This document shows, piece by piece, positions 38,001 to 46,066 of a DNA stretch of 52,317 nucleotides. Made by a program: the position numbers and the translations under genes. This DNA is from a virus (Duplodnaviria > Caudoviricetes), in IMG/VR virus record IMGVR_UViG_3300016467_000054, positions 1 to 52,317 of that record; one strand, 5' to 3'. The notes under the pieces are model-generated. The model saw nothing but the letters and a program-made list of their open reading frames with translations. It had not been told where the DNA came from and searched no databases. Every line of letters begins with the position of its first letter. The stretch's first letter is position 1.

Positions 38001-40393
38001 TCTTGCCTAATACCATTTATATAAACTCTAACTTCTAAATCTTCTAGTTTGTCTTTGTAATTAAAAACGTCTATAGGAAAATTATTTGTTAACCCAGATT
38101 CTTTAAAAACTCTAATAACTGGTTGTGTATCTGTTACTACTGAAGTTGACCAGCCGTTAGCGTAATCAAAGTTTTCTAAATCCTTCACTACTTTTAAATA
38201 ACCTACATTTGTTTTTTTAGAAAAAACATTAGCTAATTTTTTATAGCTAAAAGAATCATTTAATAAATTAAATTCAAATTTGATATCACCTACATTATTA
38301 ATATTTTGATAGGATAAAGGAAATCCTAAACTAGCATCATTTGCGCCTGTTCCTATCTTGTAAGAAAATACTGAATTACCAGCAAATGAAGAACCGTCAT
38401 ATATCGTAGTATCTCCAAAACTAACCCCATTATCGTCAAATAGATCAAATAAAGGTGTTTCGTTTATTTTTAATTTAGCCGGTCCTTCTTTCCAGTTTGA
38501 GCCATTGAACCAATACATCTTGCCTTGATTTTCTCTACCTTGTTTTACTAGTATTGTTTCATTTACTAAAGGTGTAACATCATCAGCTTCGACTAAATTA
38601 ATTTGCCTTCTTAGTCCTGAAAACACTTCAAACGAGTGGATTCCTGTACCTAGAGCAAATATATCTACTTGTTGTGTTAATAACTTATCAGTGTATAATT
38701 TTATCTGTGTATCATTAATTACATAGGCATAATAAATTTTTCTATGAGTTAACCCAGAAATACTTTGATTACTATTATTCAAATATATAATTTGATTGCC
38801 TGTAGTTAGTCCGTGAGGTACGCTACAAGTAATAATATCTCTTTCAATATCTACACCTGTAGATGCTAAAAATTCAAATTGTCTGCTAGGTATGGTAACT
38901 TCGATAAAATTAACTGTAAAAATTTTATTTTGAACAAATCTATCAACGTCGGCTGTAAAGATTATACGCATCCCTTGTGCTAAATCTATACCATCGACGT
39001 TATAACCTATTGTTCCTTCTACTGTTGAAAAAACATCAGTTGTAAATGTGTCAATTAAATCTACATCAGCTTTGGCTTTATGTCCAAAATTATATAATTT
39101 TAAACCTGTAGCATCAAATTCAATAATAGGACGGACTGCTCGTGCTGCCTGGTTTAGGCTTGGAATATTTCCATTATACTCTGCACTAGCAGTTACAACA
39201 TCTTGATGGAACCAACGATTGTATCTACTCCAAGGATTTCTATCAGGACTAGCTCTGTTAATTACAATGTAGTCTTTATTTGCAGGATATGCTGTACTAG
39301 TGCTAAACGGATCTTTGTCAAACGGTCTATCATCAAACAACAAAGCAATTTCTTCAGTGTATGATCCTATGATACTTAATTCAGCTTCATTAACTAATTG
39401 TATTGCTTTGCCTACGCCTTCTACATACCAGTATCCAGTGCTATATTTTTCTGGATTTGTTTTTCCAGTAAAGTATAATTTCATACCATTAGACAATGAC
39501 AATCCATTTTCTAATTTGTAAGTCTTTTTGCCGATAATGTCTTTTTCTACATCTAAAAATGTATTTTCGTTAATGTCGGCAATTTGTAAAGTACCCCCCA
39601 CATTAGCATCTGCCTCGCTAACATAATACAGTACGTCTGGACTTCCTTTAGGTATTGTAAAAGTTATAATTCCGTTTTCAACTGCATTAGTACTAACACC
39701 ATCAGTATACCTATCAAGAGTTCCACTAACTCTAGAAGTTTTGATTGAAAAAGGATTATTAGGACTATTAATTTCAAACTTATAAGTTTGGCCTTTATAC
39801 AATGTAAGTGTTGGATTTCTAGTTAAGTCGTCTGGTGTAAAAATAAAAGCGTATGTATCCCCTTCGTCTTCAGTACGAACAGTATACGTGCTTTCAATAG
39901 CTTCTTGTTGTCCTATTACTTCAACTGGTGTAGGGCCGTTAGGTAACCAGTAATACTGTTCAAAATTTACAAATTTATCCCAGTCAATATGAGGATCCCA
40001 ACTATAAAATTCTTGTTCATTAACTCTGCTATGATTATTAACAATACCTCCAAAGACTTCCACATGATTCATATGATCAATATAGTCTTTAAAGAAAGTT
40101 ATGTTCCCTAAGTAGTCTTGAATAACTGCACCGGGTTCTAGCTGATAATTTTGTCTTTCGTTAGTTGATGCTTTCAAGAACACATCGTCAGCAATTGTTG
40201 ACTTAGCATACGCACGACCTATGTATCCTGCTAACTTTTTTACTCGACCTGGTTTTGTAAACTGATCTAATGTTGCAGACAAAAACTTTTTGTTTGCATC
40301 AGTCCTATAATATCTAGGAAGCAAATTAGAAGTGTTACGATTGTCTTGATTAGAAAGTGGCAATCCAGATTCGCTTTGATTTTCATTAGCCAT
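26057..40393 (-). CDS. Giant (4778 aa) multidomain baseplate wedge protein, gp7-like by position
   Basis: Follows gp6 with a 1-nt overlap. Contains LLPRYYRT.ANKKFL and IKEVKPYRTQIR wedge-like segments, a 7-blade FG-GAP-like propeller, CBM5/12-like repeats and GxGY beta repeats. Confidence 0.8.
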   Translation of the reverse strand: MANENQSESGLPLSNQDNRNTSNLLPRYYRTDANKKFLSATLDQFTKPGRVKKLAGYIGRAYAKSTIADDVFLKASTNERQNYQLEPGAVIQDYLGNITFFKDYIDHMNHVEVFGGIVNNHSRVNEQEFYSWDPHIDWDKFVNFEQYYWLPNGPTPVEVIGQQEAIESTYTVRTEDEGDTYAFIFTPDDLTRNPTLTLYKGQTYKFEINSPNNPFSIKTSRVSGTLDRYTDGVSTNAVENGIITFTIPKGSPDVLYYVSEADANVGGTLQIADINENTFLDVEKDIIGKKTYKLENGLSLSNGMKLYFTGKTNPEKYSTGYWYVEGVGKAIQLVNEAELSIIGSYTEEIALLFDDRPFDKDPFSTSTAYPANKDYIVINRASPDRNPWSRYNRWFHQDVVTASAEYNGNIPSLNQAARAVRPIIEFDATGLKLYNFGHKAKADVDLIDTFTTDVFSTVEGTIGYNVDGIDLAQGMRIIFTADVDRFVQNKIFTVNFIEVTIPSRQFEFLASTGVDIERDIITCSVPHGLTTGNQIIYLNNSNQSISGLTHRKIYYAYVINDTQIKLYTDKLLTQQVDIFALGTGIHSFEVFSGLRRQINLVEADDVTPLVNETILVKQGRENQGKMYWFNGSNWKEGPAKLKINETPLFDLFDDNGVSFGDTTIYDGSSFAGNSVFSYKIGTGANDASLGFPLSYQNINNVGDIKFEFNLLNDSFSYKKLANVFSKKTNVGYLKVVKDLENFDYANGWSTSVVTDTQPVIRVFKESGLTNNFPIDVFNYKDKLEDLEVRVYINGIRQDKDTYSVNDGTVYKTVNLTTNVSLTDIVTLKCFSKQPCNSKGYYEVPISLQNNPLNKDVVVFTLGEVINHVDTIVDNLPAIVGNYPGYSNLRDLGFVTPYGTRFVQHSSPLNSALYHFGSKSENIFKAIEKARSDYANFKKAFLNAAFDAKIYTETRSFVDYILTEMLKNKPKTDPYYLTDMFGFSGAKVLSYTVLDSTVKTYPLTAHFDLDTLSNKAVGIYLNGEQLLHGKDYTFGTENFFTLTVTLSEDDTIDVYEYESTDGSFCPATPSKLGLYPLYEPEIFVDDTYLTPQTVIRGHDGSILIGYNDYRDNLLLELEKRIFNNVKIKYNADIFDIYDFVPAYDKASTYSIDEYNQVLSQFYYQWKNETGLNVKPSYDNAVDITFGYNYRDSYAPNGEDVPAYWRGMYNWMFGTDSPHLRPWECLGFSIKPLWWEDVYGPLPYTSNNYILWEDIKNGLIREPNKPVRTNPKFARTILSSGYPVDEDGKLISPLFSSFAIGAYNPVVSENYVFGDGDPVETSWRRSSNYPFAIIQTALLLKPNKVLGTCLDRSRIVKSVTNQLIYTETGVRIQLADLVLPSTVSSTTRTFTSGLLNYIVDYLTSSLTSNLDSYKSNLVNLTNKITSKLGGFTTKEKYRLLLDSKNPLSSGGVFVPEESYNLFLNTSSPISRISYSGVIVTLVDSGYEVRGYDFDRPYFTTYNPIKQGRVINVGGISESFVNWESGKYYIAGKIVRYNNVYYRTKVSHTSTDNFTLDYFTRLPSLPLVGGVDASIPNTWNFDLPTVVPYGTIFSTKQDVVNFILGHGAHLEKLGFIFDEYNPDYKAIDNWETSAKEFLFWTTQNWALNSAISLSPLSKKLIFAPNETSVVADIRDDFYNYSIFRADGQKLNAEFTNTFREDNTFTLSPKNTNHGIYGAVLYLVQKEHVLLLENRTLFNDVIYDQEPGFRQEKIKVLGYITSNWQGGFDSPGFIFDDAKISEWQPWKDYYLGETVKYKQFYYVANRFVIGTDNFRLIDDSRNVNWIKIDEKPTPKLLPNWDYKVEQFTDFYDLDTDNFDTEQQRLAQHLIGYQKRQYLENIINDDVSQYKFYQGMIIEKGTQNVLSKLFDVLSADGEESVEFYEEWAVRVGEYGATETYNEIEFKLDEKLFKLNPQPFSLVSTITNDTDFIIRQVPSDIYIKPTNYNNEPWSINGTKEFLRTPGYVQYQDVKLNLDTLDEILTKDITGFKEGDYVWCAFEGRDWNVYRYTKTNFYIEDVEYKSGVLSLQCSAIPELVAGDIIAITNSDTLQGFYKISSVELRKIFINTTIPNWQSPFTDSSRILTFKFTLARSASVSAMNLNLPPVLKKDELAWVDDSGNGLYTVYKNNPVYQPRSIKRLSLDGDNLNFGQKVAVSKNGKYAAITSNSEIAIFGKDSTGLSWVQRQVITPDLSISSPTNLNYGAEICFSPDGDWLAIAAPAASYVKSAWAGDYDGGHSYSKNDVVRLVSKFNDPTRNVYLSTHWKAKSNLTGIDWSTINQFSQDWELATLVNTDSEKSPSTLTRQGYVELWVRSSTSGNFSKVSSFVSPFPTANELFGSRMALTKDGDDYVLAVSSLGYNDEQGRVYMFRYNSAFTNTPAWHMDYDKQYVGPFDATVKYAVGDIVFDTDTYELYQCLADQDPAPLTQNPSTWQLVQRSNILGYFPQEVASAQLDSYLVVKPTVEDLVESVLPGDQFGYSLSFSNDGSTLAISAPVADQTAENNFKGTHRPSFEYNLEDIVYYNGKEVLVTEIIQGKKYTIISVGTTDFTLIGAVSNDAGVSFVATASGTGTGTAFLVDGYYQCITNTSGEFNVTLWDLIDDIRYVNSGKVFVYENTGNGYKLIDSLGVSDLASEREIRFGESIDLSADGSLLVVGSPAFDVKTTDSGAILLFAKINSSYTLQTEIYRNRQEENERTGTFVSLMNNDETLVTFAANGDVYRYTEFDTFTEGLNTTSYLLDPESPPTAQATTFDNDTLRIVDVQIDTGRVDIFDKFGNSYVYSESLDTADTNSSTDGYGSSIAVAVNNIVVGVPYDSIDFVLNGRVDTFTKTANSKAWEIFHQEEPRPNAYNIKKAYVYNKVTNTLLSYIDIVDPIQGKIPGPADQEIKYKTYFDPAVYAVGTAEVNVDEGMQWSNAHVGMLWWDLTRAKFIDNQSGNETYRASTWNKLYETASIDVYEWVESKYKPSEWDKLSGTPKGDSLGISGTSKYGDAIYSVKKKYDTVAQRFKFTYYYWVNNSKVIPNVPGRVLSASDVANLIADPVSAGYTCLALLGKSTFALVNASSLIKGTENNLNVEYWNVIPQYTEINAHSQWKILSENVETIIPSEIEKKWIHSLVGKDENNLPLPDTDLPFKRRYGIEFRPRQSMFVNRVEALKQYIERVNSVLSGILIADDYDLTDLQKFDPRPSKVTGTWDVEIDTDLELRFIGTALVQQAQVTPVIVNGRITDIVINNPGYGYVNAPYISVHSKQGQGAELRTKINELGQVTGVDIINSGKGYLPETRLSIRTYSVLVKSDANVFDKWSVYSFDSASQTWSRTKSQSYDVTSYWNYIDWYATGYSQFTKIDFVIDNTYQLASLQAEIGNVVKVNNIGSGGWILLEKYANNPSIDYTLSYTVVGRQNGTIKFSSSLYDFSNSVDGFDGGLYDSLYYDNVPDVELKIIIDTIKNKIFVDELKVEYLKLFFASVRYALNEQTFVDWAFKTSFVKATHKVGYFKQKANYNNDNLANFEDYIKEVKPYRTQIREYISQYKSLDNSYNSVTDFDLPPKLNEDLTIDPVNAFVDSGGIFSYDTELNQYPWKHWKDHVGFTIQDIVIVDGGSGYIDNPVVNIIGGYGSGASAKAYVSNGKVNRIQLISSGTGYLKAPEISIDGSLGVDGVQARAVAIIESEVVRANKISIKFDRISKTYLVSEITETETFLGTGSRLQFSLKFSPVLLINSHTVTIDGVDVLKEDYTLSIKKSTSKGFTSYSGLLTLNVAPAKNAVIQITYKKNFEHLSATDRINFYYNPESGMYGKDLAQLMTGVDYGGVEVTGLGFNISGGWDSLPWFSDSWDGFDVFFSDYIVTVSDSTYSYTLPYVPANGEEINVYVNGTRIDDPYFNSYDGITVQPNGRRTAPVGVVMQTIVGNGTTDTFVLPNLQDPIPLDINEGDTIIFRKATSDGSYTPLPNEYDTQLTGGDLTYTTATGFAADDINVDGDEFVTPTTSYAPEEVVPGQLFDTVAIKVFQLPTSGAAKIAFKNYICDGTTTEFKFGQVPQSNAAVLVKLDNVILKETADYIVDWTNLQVVMAVAPASKKIINVITFGNASKYLLDTNYFVSDGSTTEYITNAPWVETLGNVVLVDGLAVPYVLFETDATYDKPSCVGIRFGESPLEGAVISYMITADNNSSASLIKSQTLLTDGSTKIFDLDNLPGVNLPYENNVLVNINGTILSPQNNSEYFILNDLKLEYNLTLYKSEPYGIDPAFCKVYLDGTELTFGTDYVFDLAVPSVKIKADLYKDNSTLIVANFENAEYTIVNGQIIFDTAPADYTVAPVEVITFYNHNVEEIIRTKETVTLSGSLVSGSYDYFRYERLQGGQLRLTKPVSNDDQIWIVKNSNLLSHSIDFYLAEDHQTVVLSTLLLDTDVLDVIVFAGEQVTQGYGYMQFKDMLNRVHYKRINKNKVTKLAQDLAQFDTELIVQDGSLLSEPVAENNLPGIIEINGERIEYFAKDGNTLSRLRRGTLGTGTPTIHTINTYVIDLGPSETIPYNDTQHVDKLISDGSTTTFNLRYIPNSVDELEVFVQGYRLNKNSYTRFEESNGYPYSPEGDTTYPAEFTVNGTSSAVTLTNPVAVNGRVMVTKRTGKVWQDSQTSIALNYKDIRVGTASFNVKRVGSGYALTLNTGGSGYTVGDVLKIAGNIVGGTSPDNDIMITVTQVSNDATRSIVAYTYTGQAYNVNYLAKNLIDSNNPVAKFVTAYETIYPQYMP

Positions 40394-43300
40394 TAGTTAA
40401 TTCCTGAACTTGTTATAACTTGTTGATTAGCAACTGATGTGTTTAGAGATATAGACCCCGATGCTTGTAACTTACTTGCTGTTACAGCTGAAATTATTTC
40501 AATGTCATCAACTGTTGCACCACTGATAAAAATTTGATCATTTTCTGCTCGTACTTCAAACAAACTTCCAAACGATAAATCACCGTCTCTAGGAACCAAA
40601 ATAAAGGTAACAATATTTGGTGCTAACTTGTTCATAACATAAGTTGATAATTCTGAGAAGTAGAAATTGTCTCCGAAGTCCCAGTTATCTAGCGCAAAAA
40701 ATTCATTAATTGCAGAAATGATTCTTGACTTAACATCGTTATCACTTATAACAACTTCTGGATTTTTTACTACTTTAAAAATTGTTTGCAAGTCCCTGCT
40801 TGCAGCACTGCCAAACAAAACTTTATATTTTGCAGGATGATAGATTATTTCATCACTTATTGATTTAATTTTGTTTAATTCTAATGATAGTAAATTGTAT
40901 AACGCATCGGAGCTTAGAGGTAATGGTTCTGTCTCTCGTATGCCGTCTAACCATTCTCTAAATTCTTTATCATATTGTTTTGTTAATACAAATACATCAA
41001 TTAAGTTAGTTAAACCTGGATCTATTCTAGTTTCGTAATCTGCATTATGCACGTATTGAAACTTTAAATTAGAACGCCCTTGGTATACAACATAATCTAT
41101 GCTTACAACTAGTTTGCTAGTTGTAAGGTCTAGTTTTTTAACAGTATCAGAATCAATGAAATAAAAATATTGTCCGTTAGCAAATAAATTTAAATTTACT
41201 ACTTCAGATTCAGAGTTATAAATTAACACGGTTGAATTACTATTATCAAACCATCGATAATCTTCTTGTCCTTGTTCAATTGTGTATCTTTCTAAGACAA
41301 CATACTTTGATGTGACATTTACAGTCGGCGCAACTATTTCGTCAAAAATATCTGGGTTGTCAACTATACTGTCGTCATCAGTATCACTAAAAGTTACTTG
41401 AACTTTTTTAGTATCAACATATCCGTCTAGACCTCTGTATTCTTCAGTTATTTCCCAGTCACGGTTAAAAGTAAATGGTGTGGTAGAGTCCGGTTGTGTA
41501 TTAATACTCAAAACTTTAATTTTATCTTTAGCAACTGTATTTGTTCTTGTGTCGTAAATTTTATCGCTTGCATCAAAGAAGAATCTAATTTGCTTATCGC
41601 TTTCAAAAATGTATCTACGAAGTCTAAATTTAACCGTGTAGTATTCAGTATCTGTAGTAAACAATACCATCCAGCTAGAATCTAACTTTTGATTTGAGTT
41701 ATCACCTTGCTTGCCTAAACTGAAATTATCAGTAGTATTAAGATTTACATCAAAGATAATCTTCCAGTTACGTTCTTCAACATCGTATCTTAAACCAAAC
41801 GGTTTGTTGCTAAAAATCAAATCAACAGCCGTAGTAATTGTATTAGTATCTAATACTGTACGCCATGCAGGAATTACTTGAGTTATTACTGATCCAGTTG
41901 GAATTATATCGTTTAATATAACAGTACCAGCACCAGATACTAATACACCAGTACCGTTATTAGTGCCGTCACCGGCGACAGATATAACTTTTGAGTAGAG
42001 GGTAGTCTTTCCGTTTAATGGGATCCCGGTTGCAGGGATGTTGTTTAGTTTATTATTGTCTGTAGAATCAAAATATTTTTGATATGTTTTTACACCATTT
42101 GTTTCTGTATAAGGTGCTTCAAATTTTATTAGGGCACCAGAAGTTATGAATCTTAACAGTGTACTAGAATATAATCCTAATTTGTAAGGAACAGAATCGA
42201 CTGCATCACCTATATACCCAGTACATTGATTTGTATCGACTGTTTTGATGTACCATGAAACATTTAAAGACCCAGTAAGAATTTTTATATATTTAGAATA
42301 ATAAAAATCTCTTAAAGAATTTTTTTCTAAAAAGCTATACAACTGATTATAGATTACACCCTCAATATCAGTCCTAGTTGCATAATTAAACCTAAACTGA
42401 TCAGTAAATTCTTCTGTATAGACGGCGCCATCATCACCAAATAAATTTGTTTTACTGTATTTTCCAGTAGGATCGACTAGATCAAAATACCTACTAATAC
42501 CGCTTGACGATCTGTTAAGAGCTTTAACTTTTACTACTTGTTGGCTAGCACTGAGAGGACTAATGTTATAGTCTTCTCCGGTAATCATACGATTTTGCGT
42601 GTAGTATGTAGCTGGTGCTCGTGATTTAATATTTGCGTTTGTTTCTGCTTCTGCGCTATTAGAAACACTATTTTGCAAACTTAAATTAACTGTTAGTACC
42701 TCTGACTGGTTGGCGTTAGAAACGTAAGGAATTGATATCGAAACATTTCTAATATCTTTTGGATTAATTGTATAACTAATTCCAACGCTGTTTCTGTAGT
42801 AAACTCTGAAAGTACCTCTTGGTAAATTTCCAAAAGTACCGTCACTGAATTGTAAAGTTATCCTATCACCTGCTCTAGTTACTACTGTGTAGATATTTCT
42901 TATTGCTTTATTAAGACTATTGTAGATAACGTTGTTACCTTCTGTTGATGCTGTTTTTGCCCAGTATTCTGATTCTAAATTATTTTGATCTAATCTATAT
43001 AACCAGACATCGCTGTCATTAATATTTGTAGCATCTATGTCTATAGTTTCATTAGTGCTAGGCTGAGTAATTGTAAATGTACCTTGGTTTAACACACCTT
43101 GTTTAAAAAGCAAGAAGAAACCTGTGTTAACAGACCCATATCCTTTATTATCATTTCTGAATAAGAAAGCTAATCTATTACCTATATAAGGTGCTTCTTC
43201 ATAGACATATGAAGAACCTTTAAAAGTTGTACTAACTATTTCAAAAGGCAGATTTAGACCGTCTGCGCTTTTATTAAAACTGTATAACGGAACATCGGTA

Positions 43301-43878
43301 TTAACTGCTTGAAATCTATATTGTTCTGTTGGAATCCCAGTAATTTCAGCTTTATCGTCAGGATTGCCAAACTGTCTAGCAGCAGGAAGAGCTGCATTAA
43401 TTACTTTAATAAACTGGTCGTGCCAGCTGGCATTTGCTGGATCATTCCATGTAATTGTTTGTCCTGCTAAGTTTCTTCCGTTACTATCATAGATAGTTTG
43501 AGTAGTAGAAACTGTAGTAAATTTTAATAAACCTGATGCAGGAATATTACGTTTAGGATTGTAGCTTAACAATCTTGCTAGACGTAAAATACTTTCACGG
43601 CGCTCTGACAACTCTAAAAAGTTATCTCTAGCATTTAAATCTATACGGAAACTAAGGCTTTGTCCTAAAAATGCAATAAGATCAATTAGAGCCAAATATT
43701 CACTAGATTCAATGTAATCATTGTAATCTTCAGGATAATTTTCTCTAATATATGTGATCATTGCCCTGCGTAAATTTTCAAAATCATAGCTTTGAAAATC
43801 CGCATTGCGAAAACTTTGATAGACTCGTTTCCAGTCTTCTGCTACTAGCAATCTATTTTGTCTGTCGGTTGTTGACAT
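40393..43878 (-). CDS. gp6: Baseplate wedge subunit gp6-like
   Basis: YDFENLR...YNDYIESS...LIDLIAF...ARLLSYNPKR, LQFSDGTFGNLP, TQNRMITGEDY; follows gp25. Confidence 0.88.
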   Translation of the reverse strand: MSTTDRQNRLLVAEDWKRVYQSFRNADFQSYDFENLRRAMITYIRENYPEDYNDYIESSEYLALIDLIAFLGQSLSFRIDLNARDNFLELSERRESILRLARLLSYNPKRNIPASGLLKFTTVSTTQTIYDSNGRNLAGQTITWNDPANASWHDQFIKVINAALPAARQFGNPDDKAEITGIPTEQYRFQAVNTDVPLYSFNKSADGLNLPFEIVSTTFKGSSYVYEEAPYIGNRLAFLFRNDNKGYGSVNTGFFLLFKQGVLNQGTFTITQPSTNETIDIDATNINDSDVWLYRLDQNNLESEYWAKTASTEGNNVIYNSLNKAIRNIYTVVTRAGDRITLQFSDGTFGNLPRGTFRVYYRNSVGISYTINPKDIRNVSISIPYVSNANQSEVLTVNLSLQNSVSNSAEAETNANIKSRAPATYYTQNRMITGEDYNISPLSASQQVVKVKALNRSSSGISRYFDLVDPTGKYSKTNLFGDDGAVYTEEFTDQFRFNYATRTDIEGVIYNQLYSFLEKNSLRDFYYSKYIKILTGSLNVSWYIKTVDTNQCTGYIGDAVDSVPYKLGLYSSTLLRFITSGALIKFEAPYTETNGVKTYQKYFDSTDNNKLNNIPATGIPLNGKTTLYSKVISVAGDGTNNGTGVLVSGAGTVILNDIIPTGSVITQVIPAWRTVLDTNTITTAVDLIFSNKPFGLRYDVEERNWKIIFDVNLNTTDNFSLGKQGDNSNQKLDSSWMVLFTTDTEYYTVKFRLRRYIFESDKQIRFFFDASDKIYDTRTNTVAKDKIKVLSINTQPDSTTPFTFNRDWEITEEYRGLDGYVDTKKVQVTFSDTDDDSIVDNPDIFDEIVAPTVNVTSKYVVLERYTIEQGQEDYRWFDNSNSTVLIYNSESEVVNLNLFANGQYFYFIDSDTVKKLDLTTSKLVVSIDYVVYQGRSNLKFQYVHNADYETRIDPGLTNLIDVFVLTKQYDKEFREWLDGIRETEPLPLSSDALYNLLSLELNKIKSISDEIIYHPAKYKVLFGSAASRDLQTIFKVVKNPEVVISDNDVKSRIISAINEFFALDNWDFGDNFYFSELSTYVMNKLAPNIVTFILVPRDGDLSFGSLFEVRAENDQIFISGATVDDIEIISAVTASKLQASGSISLNTSVANQQVITSSGIN

Positions 43879-43899
43879 ACCTTACGTCCCTTTATAAGG

Positions 43900-43932
43900 T
43901 ATTTATCGAGATTTATTAAGTGCGTATTTTAC
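43900..43932 (-). promoter_or_regulatory. Bipartite late promoter (18-bp upstream element + 9 nt + TAAATA)
   Basis: On the + strand: TATTTA at 43900-43905, a 9-nt gap, then ATTAAGTGCGTATTTTAC at 43915-43932. Confidence 0.68.
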
Positions 43933-44376
43933 TTACGTTAGAAGTAAACCGTTGTCTTTGTCAAATTTTAATTGTAATGCTTCTCGAATATTATATGGAT
44001 AATAAACTAGGACGCATTCAATTTGTATACCTTGTTCATATGCACTAACAATGATTTGTTCTGCACGTATTCTAGGGTCGTAATTAACAACTGCTTCTAC
44101 ATTTTTAATAATAACTGTACGCAGTTCTTCTGTTAAGGGTTCAAAAAGTACGTCCCAAATAATAGTTCCAAATTCTGGTTGCTCAAGGCGTTCGCCTAAT
44201 CTAACATGGAAATTATTCAGTAAGTCTTGCTTGATTAATTCCAAATCATAAAGAGCAAAACCTGGCACATTTGCTACTGTACTAAAACCTTTATAAGTTT
44301 TAGAACCAGGAATAGCTTGATTTTGCTTATTACTTTTTAAAGTAATTTTATCATATAATTTAGAATTTGCAACCAT
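43933..44376 (-). CDS. gp25: Baseplate wedge subunit gp25-like
   Basis: IKQDLLNNF..RLGERL.QPEFGT.IWD.LFEP...YDPRI, the GPW/gp25 signature. Confidence 0.92.
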   Translation of the reverse strand: MVANSKLYDKITLKSNKQNQAIPGSKTYKGFSTVANVPGFALYDLELIKQDLLNNFHVRLGERLEQPEFGTIIWDVLFEPLTEELRTVIIKNVEAVVNYDPRIRAEQIIVSAYEQGIQIECVLVYYPYNIREALQLKFDKDNGLLLT

Positions 44377-44381
44377 AATAT

Positions 44382-44387
44382 TATTTA
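44382..44387 (-). promoter_or_regulatory. Candidate late promoter TAAATA before gp25
   Basis: GTAAATA overlaps the gp5 stop and lies only 5 nt before the gp25 ATG; no Shine-Dalgarno fits between them. Confidence 0.35.
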
Positions 44388-46064
44388 CTCTTCAGTGGGC
44401 GGTTCTTTCTTAAAGGTATCTTTAGCTGTGGTATAAGTTTTATAACCAGATCCATTAAAGTTCATAGATGTAGTTGATGATGTACCGTTTCTTCCATCTG
44501 TGTCTCTATCTGTATTCTCAGGTTTAAATTTTGTTGGATCTAAATTTTCATGTTGAGGATAAGGTTCTGGTGTAGGTATTCTACGCAAAATAGACTCTAT
44601 TTCAGTAGGCGACGTGTCGTCTTGAACTGCTAAATCTGGAAGAATGTGCGTTTGTAACGGCTCTGGTGCAACCGGGACTGTAGCTGCCGATGCCGAAGCT
44701 GCGCCTGGACCGTTCATGTGAATAGCTGGTGCTGTTTCAACTATATTGCCTCCGGCATTTGTTTCATTACTTCCGCCAGAAGTATTAAAAATATGGCCTC
44801 CGGCTTTGATATCTAAGTTACTGGTTATTGTCTGTTTATAATCTGCACCTATTGTTTGATCTGCACTGCCCTTGACCTGAATTTTTTGATCTGCATCAAC
44901 AATAATAGATTGATTTTGTTTAATATGAACTGTTTGATTTTGGTCAACTATTAAAATTTGATCAGCACCTACATGTGTATGCATTTCTGCGCCAACTTTA
45001 GTGTTAAAATTTCTTCCTGCTTCGAGATTAATATCTCTATCAGCGTAAAAATTAAAATCTTGTTTAGTTCTTATACTAACGCTATCTTCTGCATAAATGT
45101 CAATTTTGCCGTCGCTGGAAAGTTCTATCCAGGCAGTGCCTCTACTATTTCCAATATAGATTAAATCTTCGCTGTTATGTAAAAGAATTTGATGTCCTGT
45201 TCGTGTACGAATTCTAATTAATTCATTATGAGGTCTATCACGTTCTCCGGTTTCACCGTCTTCAACATTTACATACTCTGGAGGACCGTCAGTTGGTTTT
45301 GTCTTACGTTCCCACTTGTCGTCACCGTCGTCCATGACGAAACTGCTGCCGCCTAGCCTGCTTACAAATCCGGCAGCAACTTTGCTTTCATGTTTTCCAA
45401 AACTATCTTTTTTACCGTTTTTATCAATAGGGCCAGGTGTTGATATTCCAAATACCATTGACGGTACTTCACGCCTAGCTGAACTAGAAGTAATTCCTCT
45501 AATATCATCTTGAAGTAATCCTTGAGCTTCTAATGAAACACTTATATGATTTTCTGGTTTGGCTATTGATGTAGTATCAGTAGAAGGTTCGTGTGCTACT
45601 TTATTATATTCACTAACTGGTACACGAGTTTTATCTGTATTTGTTTTTCTTGTATCATCAACTACAAATTCTGTTGCAGCATATCCTGGAAGAGAAAAAT
45701 TCATACCTTCTTCAAGTACGCAGCCCATCCAGTAACCTTTACGAACATCTCCGCCAATAAAAATGCAAACTACAATTGTTCCTACATCAGGTGGAACAAA
45801 CCACATGCCGTATGCTTTTTGTGTGTTATCATGGTCGTCAGGATCTTCTCCGACATAATCAAACCCAGTAACACCGTAAAACGGACTTAGGTACTTTACT
45901 GTTCGTAGTTGTCCTTCTCTGCTGTCCTGATTACCTACTTCGTGTAGTAGCTCTACTTCTAAAGCTCCCATGTATGTAGGATCTAGATGGCTTACTACTT
46001 TTGCTAAAAACGGGCCAGAGTCTGTAGGTGAACTGGCAGCGGGTGATCTTACTTCTTCTGTCAT
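44385..46064 (-). CDS. gp5: Baseplate hub/central spike gp5 (VgrG-like), no lysozyme domain evident
   Basis: N-terminal OB fold (AKVVSHLDP...YGMWFVPPDVG..V.C.F..GD...YWMG), RTRTGHQI and C-terminal beta-helix repeats. Confidence 0.85.
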   Translation of the reverse strand: MTEEVRSPAASSPTDSGPFLAKVVSHLDPTYMGALEVELLHEVGNQDSREGQLRTVKYLSPFYGVTGFDYVGEDPDDHDNTQKAYGMWFVPPDVGTIVVCIFIGGDVRKGYWMGCVLEEGMNFSLPGYAATEFVVDDTRKTNTDKTRVPVSEYNKVAHEPSTDTTSIAKPENHISVSLEAQGLLQDDIRGITSSSARREVPSMVFGISTPGPIDKNGKKDSFGKHESKVAAGFVSRLGGSSFVMDDGDDKWERKTKPTDGPPEYVNVEDGETGERDRPHNELIRIRTRTGHQILLHNSEDLIYIGNSRGTAWIELSSDGKIDIYAEDSVSIRTKQDFNFYADRDINLEAGRNFNTKVGAEMHTHVGADQILIVDQNQTVHIKQNQSIIVDADQKIQVKGSADQTIGADYKQTITSNLDIKAGGHIFNTSGGSNETNAGGNIVETAPAIHMNGPGAASASAATVPVAPEPLQTHILPDLAVQDDTSPTEIESILRRIPTPEPYPQHENLDPTKFKPENTDRDTDGRNGTSSTTSMNFNGSGYKTYTTAKDTFKKEPPTEE

Positions 46065-46066
46065 AA

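Noticed and set aside
26057-40393. Intein, intron or stop-codon readthrough explaining the giant ORF
   Set aside because: No intein splice or LAGLIDADG motifs seen; the ORF is continuous in code 11 and its length is explained by structural modules.
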